Positions 9,866 through 17,166 of a stretch of 40,016 nucleotides of DNA are shown one piece after another; position 1 is the stretch's first letter; every line of letters starts with the position of its first letter. The position numbers were made by a program, and so were the translations under genes. The DNA comes from Gammaproteobacteria bacterium (GTDB lineage: Bacteria > Pseudomonadota > Gammaproteobacteria > Magnimaribacterales > TMED112). The stretch is taken from assembly GCA_002692425.1 (NCBI GenBank), contig NZKB01000026.1:1-40016 (forward strand). The letters are read 5' to 3'. The notes below the pieces were generated by a model. That model saw only the letters and a list, made by a program, of their open reading frames with translations, searched no databases and was not told the DNA's origin.

Positions 9866-10232
9866 AGGTTTTACCATACTTGAAATATTGATCGTTTTAG
9901 CGATTATTGCAATTTCTGGCACTTCTTTTTATTTAATTCTAAATCAACCAAAGAGTTTTGATGCTTATGAGCAAACTTTTAATGAATTTAAAACTTTAAG
10001 TATTTACAGTGGAAATTCTTATGGTTTTACAAAAGACTCAATTAAAATTTTAAATAACAATGTTTGGGAAGAACTAGAAGTTGCAGACTTTTCTGGCATT
10101 TACTCAGTTACCGATAATTTTAATAAAACTACAAATATAGAAGAAGACGATATCTTCTTAGTTATAGCACCGGGTAATGAGATAAATGTTAAATCTATAA
10201 CATTGTTAGGAGGTAAAATCATTGAACTCTAA
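9837..10232 (+). CDS. gspH: Minor pseudopilin GspH
   Basis: Prepilin motif LTKGFTILEILIVLAIIA and operon position. I chose the internal ATG at 9837 rather than the track start at 9804. Confidence 0.7.
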   Translation: MQTLVTGLTKGFTILEILIVLAIIAISGTSFYLILNQPKSFDAYEQTFNEFKTLSIYSGNSYGFTKDSIKILNNNVWEELEVADFSGIYSVTDNFNKTTNIEEDDIFLVIAPGNEINVKSITLLGGKIIEL

Positions 10233-10554
10233 ATTATATAAGGGCTTTAGTTTGTTAGAGGTTGTTATAGCTTTATTAATTATTTCAATAACTTTTTTAG
10301 CTTATAACCAACTTATTGAACAGAATTTAAAATCACAAGAATTAAAACAAATTTTCATTAATGAGTCAGATAAAAAATTAAATCTATTAACGATTTATGT
10401 TTCTGACCCGGATGTACAACAATATGAGGTCAAACAAATTTTAGATATCAATGAAATATCAGAAACAAAAATTTCGTCATATCGGAATTTTGATGAAATA
10501 AAAATAGATTTTAAATCTCAAGACGACATCGTTTACATAACAATAATTAAATAA
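10222..10554 (+). CDS. gspI: Minor pseudopilin GspI
   Basis: Prepilin motif YKGFSLLEVVIALLIISI. TTG start at 10222, preceded by AGGAGG (10208-10213) with an 8-nt spacer. Size (about 110 aa) and position fit GspI. Confidence 0.75.
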   Translation: MNSKLYKGFSLLEVVIALLIISITFLAYNQLIEQNLKSQELKQIFINESDKKLNLLTIYVSDPDVQQYEVKQILDINEISETKISSYRNFDEIKIDFKSQDDIVYITIIK

Positions 10555-11132
10555 TGAAGAATGGATTTACTTTACTTGAAGTATTAATTGCTTTATTGGC
10601 TGCTGCATTAATTTCTATTATGTCTTTTGATTTTTTATCTAATACAGTTTTCCTTAAAGAACGTATTGATAATTCTATATCTAGTGATTCTAAGCACACT
10701 AAAGCTTTCCATCTTATGCGCTTAGATATGATGCAAGCTGTACCATTTAAATTAAAAGATCAAAATTTTAATAACTTAAATAATGTTTTCATAGGTTCAA
10801 ATGAGGAAAGAATATTAACATTTGTTGCATTGACCGCCTCAGATACTGCAATTAATAACTCAAAGCTAAGAAGAATCATTTACAAATATAAAAATAACAA
10901 CCTCATACGTACCACTACTTTAGCGAACAATGAAAATATCATTTTATCCGAAGAAATTTTATTATCCGAAATTGAAAATTTTGAGATATATTTTGGTGAC
11001 GGCCTAGATGATCTCGTCGATTCATATCCAGGTCTTAATCTTGTAGAAAATAATATTTTTCCAGAATTTATAGTCTTGAACTACAGCATAAACGATAAGA
11101 ACTACAATCAAATTATGGGGTTTTTTAGATGA
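10554..11132 (+). CDS. gspJ: Minor pseudopilin GspJ
   Basis: Prepilin motif MKNGFTLLEVLIALLAAA, 192 aa, correct operon position. Confidence 0.75.
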   Translation: MKNGFTLLEVLIALLAAALISIMSFDFLSNTVFLKERIDNSISSDSKHTKAFHLMRLDMMQAVPFKLKDQNFNNLNNVFIGSNEERILTFVALTASDTAINNSKLRRIIYKYKNNNLIRTTTLANNENIILSEEILLSEIENFEIYFGDGLDDLVDSYPGLNLVENNIFPEFIVLNYSINDKNYNQIMGFFR

Positions 11133-12061
11133 AAAGGGGATTTGTCTTGATTTCTACACTTGCCTTAATTGTAATACTTAGTTTCATTATTCTTATATTA
11201 AGTAGAACTATATATACAGATACATTAAGAACAACTTTATTTGCTTCTTCTTTAGAAAAAAGAATTGAGATTATTAATTATGAATCATTTTTGGTTGATA
11301 CTTTGATAGATAATTCTTTGTTGAATAGAAACTTATTATTAGCTGAAAGTGAATTAAATTTTAGTATTCAATCCAAATTTCCAGATCTTACTATAGCTTT
11401 AGAAGATTATTCTACATGTTTTAATTTAAATTCCTTAGTTAAACCATTCCAAAATATAAACGTTAAAAATGAAGAGCACGGTAAGTTATTTACTAATTTA
11501 TTAACTTTATCTGAAATAGATAAAAATCTGCATAATGAATTATTAGATAGAATTTATGATTCACTAGATAATGACTCCCTGCCTGAAACATATGGTGCAG
11601 AGGATCTGTACTATATATCAAATGGTAATTTGTCATTAAATCCTGATCAGCTTTATTTTCACAAAAGCCAAATAAAAAATGTAGAAATGCTAGATGCAGA
11701 AAATCTAAATAGAATTTATAGTGATTTATGTGCTGTGCCTATTTCTGACATTGAATTTAATGTAAATAGCTTAGAGAGATCAAATACAAAGGTTTTTCTA
11801 GCATTATTTCCAGACATAAATCTAAGTGATATTGAAAAAATTATTCTTAACAGGCCACTTAATGGTTATATAACATATAAGAATTTAATTGATTCAACTG
11901 GAATAGATTCATCAAAATTAGATAAATCTTTTATAATCTTCAAACCTAATTTTATTAAGATTAATTATTTAATGAATTTAGAGGGGCAAATTTTTAACTT
12001 TGTTAGTTTATTATCTCTTAAAAGAGGTAACTTTGTAGTATACAGGTCTTTATCAAGATGA
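11129..12061 (+). CDS. gspK: Minor pseudopilin GspK
   Basis: N-terminus MKRGFVLISTLALIVIL lacks Glu5, as is typical of GspK. About 310 aa, with ATGA overlaps at both ends. Confidence 0.7.
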   Translation: MKRGFVLISTLALIVILSFIILILSRTIYTDTLRTTLFASSLEKRIEIINYESFLVDTLIDNSLLNRNLLLAESELNFSIQSKFPDLTIALEDYSTCFNLNSLVKPFQNINVKNEEHGKLFTNLLTLSEIDKNLHNELLDRIYDSLDNDSLPETYGAEDLYYISNGNLSLNPDQLYFHKSQIKNVEMLDAENLNRIYSDLCAVPISDIEFNVNSLERSNTKVFLALFPDINLSDIEKIILNRPLNGYITYKNLIDSTGIDSSKLDKSFIIFKPNFIKINYLMNLEGQIFNFVSLLSLKRGNFVVYRSLSR

Positions 12062-13071
12062 ATGTTTTTATATTTAATAATTTAAACTTAGATAACGGAA
12101 TATTTATTAGTGATAAAACACTTAAAAAGATTAATATTAATGAACTTAGTACAACTGAAAACACATTATTTGTTGTGCCAAATGAACTTCTTCAGTTCAT
12201 CGAATTTAAGCATGATTTAAAAAATAACGAAAATATTCATGCATCAATACTTAATAGTTTGAGTACATTGAATAATGATGCTGAAGACTTAATAGTATTA
12301 AATTCATCGAATAAATATAATTTTTTTATATCCAGTAAAAGCTACCAAGAAACAATAAAAAGATTGTTTAGTCACTTTAATACAAGAATTTCAATTACCT
12401 CTGATTTACTATTCTTTAAAGAAGTTATAAAGCAAAATTGTAGTTATCAAAACAATGTCTATTTAATCGAGTCTGAAGAGGCAGTAAAACTTTCTACGAA
12501 ATCATTTAATTTACTAGATGATGCGATGAAAATTAAATCACTAACTGATCTTGATCTTAAAAAAATAAAAGATACTAATTACACAATCTATCAGTTAAAT
12601 ACCTTCAATTTATACTCAATTTTTAATTTCAAAAATTCTTTAAAACCAGCATTAGCAGTGTTATTTCTTATTTTTACTTTTTATGTTACTGCCCTGTTAA
12701 ACATTAACTCCAACTACTCTCAAATTAATAAAATGAGTACAACACTTGAATCAATTTATAGCTCTATTTATCCTGCGGAAAACATAACTGACATTCATCA
12801 ACAAATTGACATAAAGCTTAATAATCTGAACAATGCGGAAGCTAATGATTTATCAAAAACTATAAATCTTCTCAAGAACCTATCAGAATCGATAAATATA
12901 GTAGAAGCCGAGTATTCACAGGGTGATTTACAAATAAAATGTCTCTTTAAAAATGATGCCGAAGAAAGTATTTTTGTAAATCAACAAAATAGACTAAATT
13001 TCAATTTTACAATTGTAAATAGCAAAGACACACAAATAGGAAAAATTACAACATTTAGTTATGAATTATAA
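12058..13071 (+). CDS. gspL: Type II secretion assembly protein GspL (by position and topology)
   Basis: 337 aa with a single internal TM helix (LKPALAVLFLIFTFYVTALLNI) separating a cytoplasmic N-domain from a small periplasmic C-domain. It lies between gspK and gspM. The sequence is very divergent and AT-rich. Confidence 0.6.
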   Translation: MNVFIFNNLNLDNGIFISDKTLKKININELSTTENTLFVVPNELLQFIEFKHDLKNNENIHASILNSLSTLNNDAEDLIVLNSSNKYNFFISSKSYQETIKRLFSHFNTRISITSDLLFFKEVIKQNCSYQNNVYLIESEEAVKLSTKSFNLLDDAMKIKSLTDLDLKKIKDTNYTIYQLNTFNLYSIFNFKNSLKPALAVLFLIFTFYVTALLNINSNYSQINKMSTTLESIYSSIYPAENITDIHQQIDIKLNNLNNAEANDLSKTINLLKNLSESINIVEAEYSQGDLQIKCLFKNDAEESIFVNQQNRLNFNFTIVNSKDTQIGKITTFSYEL

Positions 13072-13480
13072 ATTTTCAGCAAGAGAACTTTTGTTAATTA
13101 AGATATTAACTGTAATAGCTTTTGTAATAGCGTTTTTTTATGGGACGTCTTACGTTGCAAATGAAATAACTAAATCAAAAAATTTAATATTCTTTGAAGT
13201 TAATAAGTTCAATGAAAAGAAACAATTACTTGCTCAAATTAAAGCTTTAGAAAATAGTAAAAATTTGGAATTATCAGCGGACGATTTTCTTTTAGATCTT
13301 ACAGCAAATAATATTTCTTATGAACAGAAAGATGATGAGATTCTTATTTCTGGATTATCAAATGTAGATGCTCTAGAAATAATGACAAACATTGAAGAAA
13401 GTAACGTTGCAATAGACAGTTTTAAATTTAGTGCTGGAGAATCCACAAATATAATTCTAACTATTAAATTTAATGGGTAA
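13061..13480 (+). CDS. gspM: Type II secretion assembly protein GspM (by position and topology)
   Basis: 139 aa with an N-terminal TM helix (LLLIKILTVIAFVIAFFYG) and a periplasmic domain of about 100 aa. Overlaps gspL by 11 nt. Confidence 0.6.
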   Translation: MNYKFSARELLLIKILTVIAFVIAFFYGTSYVANEITKSKNLIFFEVNKFNEKKQLLAQIKALENSKNLELSADDFLLDLTANNISYEQKDDEILISGLSNVDALEIMTNIEESNVAIDSFKFSAGESTNIILTIKFNG

Positions 13481-14135
13481 ATTCTTTCTAACCTTACTCT
13501 TAATGTTCATGCTGTTATTTGGCTCTCTATTTTTTATTCCCATAAATTTTTTTGTATCCAGTATTATGAAAAATTTAGATGTTGATATTGAGTATTCATA
13601 TCTAGAAGGAAATATTTTTTCTGGAAAAATTTTAGATTTATATTATGACAATAATTTTATTGGAGATTTTAACTATAAGAATCAATTTACATTCAACGAT
13701 ATTTCTGCAAATTTTTATTCTATTGATGAAAAAAATATTGCAGGTACAGTTGTAAAAGATTTACATAATATCACTGACATAGGAACTATAGTGCTTAAGG
13801 ATTTTTCAGCATCAAGTGTAGTTTCAACTGATTTAATTAAGTATGTAGATTTAGATCTTAATGTCCAAGAACTAGAAATCAAAAATTTTGAGTGTGCGTA
13901 TATTAATGGAAATTTAAAAATTTCATCCCAGGAAATAAATGAAGAACTAATTGGCGAATTGGCATGTTTTGAAGGTAACACAATCTCAGCAGAACTATTT
14001 AATAAAAGAATGAAAGAATTAGGGAATATAACTTATTCAGATTCTCAAATACAAGTAAGAATATCTACAAAAACAATACCGGACAGAAGAGTCCAATTAT
14101 TAATGGACTATGTTTCTTTTACAATTGATCTTTAA
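13473..14135 (+). CDS. gspN: Type II secretion protein GspN (by position and topology)
   Basis: 220 aa with an N-terminal TM helix (FFLTLLLMFMLLFGSLFFIPI). It is the last gene of the operon and overlaps gspM by 8 nt. Confidence 0.5.
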   Translation: MGKFFLTLLLMFMLLFGSLFFIPINFFVSSIMKNLDVDIEYSYLEGNIFSGKILDLYYDNNFIGDFNYKNQFTFNDISANFYSIDEKNIAGTVVKDLHNITDIGTIVLKDFSASSVVSTDLIKYVDLDLNVQELEIKNFECAYINGNLKISSQEINEELIGELACFEGNTISAELFNKRMKELGNITYSDSQIQVRISTKTIPDRRVQLLMDYVSFTIDL

Positions 14136-14943
14136 TAACCTTTTTGACCAATCCATCAGATATACTCCAGAACGTATTTTCAATAACTTGAGAGTTAAGC
14201 TCCTCAATTATTAGACTATATAAATTTAAAGCTACGGGGATAATATCAATTCGATCTTTTGGTATATCATGCTTTTCTATTAAAACAGTATTATCTATAG
14301 ACTTATAATTGGTTACGTAATGATTAAAGTCAGAGGTCTTTATAGGACCTTTAATTTCATTTGCTTGCATTAAAGCACGTAAATTTCCACCCAAACCATA
14401 TACATGATCTATAGATCTAAATTGACGAAGCCATATGCTTAATTCTTGCAATGCTTCGGACTTTTGGGTTTCACTAAAGTTTAATAATCTTACAGCCCCT
14501 AATTGAAAAGATTTAGCGTGAATATCATTATTGGTATTAATACAAATTTCCAAACTGCCGCCACCAATATCTACAACAGCAGAATTTATTTTTGATTTAT
14601 TAAATTCCGCAAGTAAAAATGCTTCAACATCACCTGAAATAATCTTTACATGAATATCATGTTGTTTCAGCAACTCTATTATCTCTTTCGCATTTTGGGT
14701 ATCTCTCAATGCAGAGGTTGCAATATAGTTAACAATTAAAATATTTTTGCTTTTAAAGTTTTTTTTATACTCAAGCAGTAAATTTAATAAATCTTGAATA
14801 GTTTTATCTTCTAAGAAACCCTTAGAAAATACATCTCGCCCAAGCCTTAAAGGATGTCTGTAATATTCAACAAGTTCCAGACCTCCATTAAAGATTTTAT
14901 ATTTAATTGCATTTGATCCAATATCAACAATGGCGTATTTCAT
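14119..14943 (-). CDS. ppx: Ppx/GppA-family exopolyphosphatase (short, ASKHA N-terminal domains only)
   Basis: The N-terminus MKYAIVDIGSNAIKYKIF, then ATSALRDTQN, ISGDVEAFL and VVDIGGGSLEI, match the Ppx-GppA phosphatase fold motifs. It lies 3 nt downstream of ppk2. Confidence 0.85.
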   Translation of the reverse strand: MKYAIVDIGSNAIKYKIFNGGLELVEYYRHPLRLGRDVFSKGFLEDKTIQDLLNLLLEYKKNFKSKNILIVNYIATSALRDTQNAKEIIELLKQHDIHVKIISGDVEAFLLAEFNKSKINSAVVDIGGGSLEICINTNNDIHAKSFQLGAVRLLNFSETQKSEALQELSIWLRQFRSIDHVYGLGGNLRALMQANEIKGPIKTSDFNHYVTNYKSIDNTVLIEKHDIPKDRIDIIPVALNLYSLIIEELNSQVIENTFWSISDGLVKKVIKDQL

Positions 14944-14946
14944 AAC

Positions 14947-15780
14947 TCAATCTGAGAAGGGCGCAAGAATTTTATATTGTTCATAATTTAAATTATCAAA
15001 TAATACACCTTCGATATAACATGAATATTGGCCAAGATCTTCACCCCATTTTGGTGGTTCAAGAGTTTCCTTTCCTTCGTAATCTAGGGTATTTAGGATG
15101 TATCTAAGAGCACTTAGCCTAGCAATCATTTTGTTATTCGCATTAATAATAATCCAAGGAGAGTTTGATCTAGCAGTTAAGTCAAACATTTGATTTTTAT
15201 AAAGAGTGAAAACATCCCATTTATTAACCATCAATTTATCTGAAGCAGATAATTTCCAGTATTTTAATCTACTATTTTTTCTTGCTGATAAACGTCTTTG
15301 CTGTTGATCTTTGTCGATTGAAAAATAGAATTTAACAACTTCATTACCATTTGAAATTAATTTATCTTCCCACTTATTCACATTAGTCATGAAGTCTTCA
15401 TAGTGTTTTTTTGTGCAATAGCCCAAAGTTGGTTCTGTCAAAGCTCTGGTATACCAAGAGCGATCAAAAAGAGCAATTTTTCCTTCCTCTGGCAAGTGCT
15501 TTTCCCATCTTTTAAACCAATCATCTTTTTCCTCTTTAGTTGGTATTCCTAAATGAATATATCTAAAATTTGATGGGCGCAGATGCTCAGAAAAAAAATT
15601 GATAGTTGAAGATTTACCTGCTGTATCTCGCCCTTCAAAACACAAAGCTATTCTTCTTTTATTTTTAATAACATCTTCTTGAAGCTTAAGAAGTTCGACT
15701 TGTAATTTATATTTTTCTTTTTTATAAATTATCGGACCTAAAGTCTTATATTGTTCAAATTTATATTCGATGACACTCAT
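14947..15780 (-). CDS. ppk2: Polyphosphate kinase 2 (single-domain PPK2)
   Basis: PPK2 Walker-A-like block FEGRDTAGKSSTI, then FDRSWYTR and the lid region RLSARKNSRLKYWKLS. 277 aa. Confidence 0.9.
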   Translation of the reverse strand: MSVIEYKFEQYKTLGPIIYKKEKYKLQVELLKLQEDVIKNKRRIALCFEGRDTAGKSSTINFFSEHLRPSNFRYIHLGIPTKEEKDDWFKRWEKHLPEEGKIALFDRSWYTRALTEPTLGYCTKKHYEDFMTNVNKWEDKLISNGNEVVKFYFSIDKDQQQRRLSARKNSRLKYWKLSASDKLMVNKWDVFTLYKNQMFDLTARSNSPWIIINANNKMIARLSALRYILNTLDYEGKETLEPPKWGEDLGQYSCYIEGVLFDNLNYEQYKILAPFSD

Positions 15781-15832
15781 GTATATTTTTAGAAAAGAGG
15801 ATATAGTATAAACAAATATTAACTTTCATGTT

Positions 15833-17092
15833 ATGACTCTAGTTGAATTATCGCTCTTCGGAATCCCTTTAATACTTATTTCTTCCGCTATGTTAGGTTT
15901 TTTTACAGCCTATGGTGTGGGAGCAAATGATGTTGCTAATGCCATGGGGACATCTGTGGGTAGCAAAGTCTTAACGATCAAACAAGCAATCTTAGTAGCA
16001 GCTATTTTTGAATTTTTAGGAGCATTTCTAGCAGGCGGTGGCGTAACGCAAACAATCAGAAAAGGAGTAATAGATCCTGCACTATTCGAGGGGAATCTAG
16101 AAATTTTGATATATGGAATGATTTCAGCCTTATTTGCTGCTGGCACTTGGTTGTTAGTTGCCAGTCTTAGAGGTTGGCCTGTTTCAACTACGCATACTAT
16201 TGTTGGAGCAATTGTTGGTTTTGGTATATATACACTAGGCATTAATGAGATTAACTGGGCTGTAGTTGGAAATATTGGCCTTTCATGGATTACCTCACCC
16301 TTATCCTCAGCCCTAGTAGCTGGCTTATTTTATTACATTTGTAAAACTTACATCATAGATAATGAATCAAGATTTAAAGGCTTGATCATAAGAATTTATA
16401 TATTCCTTGCAGGGTTTGCTATAGCACTTATTACTGTTACTAAAGGATTAAAAAATATATTCAAACAACAAGAATTGTTTGTTAGTTTTCAACAAAGCGT
16501 TTTAATTTCTGCCTTAGCTGCAGTTGTATTTACTTTTATTTTCTACTATTTTTCTAAGGCTAAATTAAAAAAATCTGTAAATTCTGAATCACAGTTTGCC
16601 TACCTTATGATCTTTACTTCATGTGCAGTAGCCTTTGCACATGGATCTAATGATGTTGCTAATGCTATAGGACCATTAGCTGCAATCAATCAAGCAACTA
16701 GCCAACTTTTAAATCAACCATACTCCCTTGAAACTCCTCTATGGATACTCTTCCTCGGAGCTGCTGGGATTGTTTTAGGTTTGGCTACACTAGGTTATAG
16801 AGTTATGAAAACTATTGGTGAAAAGATTGTTAAACTCACACCAAGTAAAGGCTTTTCTGCTCAACTTGCTGCCGCCTTAACAGTAGTGATTGCAAGTCAA
16901 TTAGATATGCCTGTATCAACGACTCATACCTTAGTAGGCGCAGTTATTGGAATTGGGCTTGTTGAAGGAGCAAGTACAATAAATTTTAATTCGGTGAGAA
17001 CTATTGTTTTATCTTGGGTGGTAACATTACCTGCTGGCGCTCTTTTATCAATAGCATTTTTAGAGATATTTACTAATCTTTTCACTTATTAA
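15833..17092 (+). CDS. pitA: Inorganic phosphate transporter, PiT family
   Basis: Duplicated PiT signature GANDVANAMGTSVGS / GSNDVANAIGPLAA and about 10 hydrophobic helices. Confidence 0.9.
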   Translation: MTLVELSLFGIPLILISSAMLGFFTAYGVGANDVANAMGTSVGSKVLTIKQAILVAAIFEFLGAFLAGGGVTQTIRKGVIDPALFEGNLEILIYGMISALFAAGTWLLVASLRGWPVSTTHTIVGAIVGFGIYTLGINEINWAVVGNIGLSWITSPLSSALVAGLFYYICKTYIIDNESRFKGLIIRIYIFLAGFAIALITVTKGLKNIFKQQELFVSFQQSVLISALAAVVFTFIFYYFSKAKLKKSVNSESQFAYLMIFTSCAVAFAHGSNDVANAIGPLAAINQATSQLLNQPYSLETPLWILFLGAAGIVLGLATLGYRVMKTIGEKIVKLTPSKGFSAQLAAALTVVIASQLDMPVSTTHTLVGAVIGIGLVEGASTINFNSVRTIVLSWVVTLPAGALLSIAFLEIFTNLFTY

Positions 17093-17108
17093 TTAAATTG
17101 CTACTAAT

Positions 17109-17126
17109 CTGTCACAATTTTGCAAC
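17109..17126 (+). promoter_or_regulatory. Weak candidate Pho box upstream of the TonB receptor-phytase pair
   Basis: CTGTCAC-AATT-TTGCAAC. The first heptamer matches 6 of 7 positions of the enterobacterial CTGTCAT half-site and the 4-nt AT spacer is correct, but the second heptamer matches only 3 of 7. It lies 41 nt upstream of the ATG at 17167. Confidence 0.2.
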
Positions 17127-17166
17127 ACATTAAGATTATTGTAGATTTCTAAATAGGTAAGTTTAA

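Noticed and set aside
4540-14135. The T2SS cluster as a horizontally acquired island.
   Set aside because: It has no flanking tRNA, integrase, transposase or direct repeats. Its AT-richness runs in the same direction as the host bias, and the cluster is tightly embedded between neighbouring operons.
15910-16242. 110-aa minus-strand ORF antisense to the PiT transporter gene.
   Set aside because: Its Pro/Ala-rich translation mirrors the Gly/Ala-rich helices of pit, and there is no independent support.
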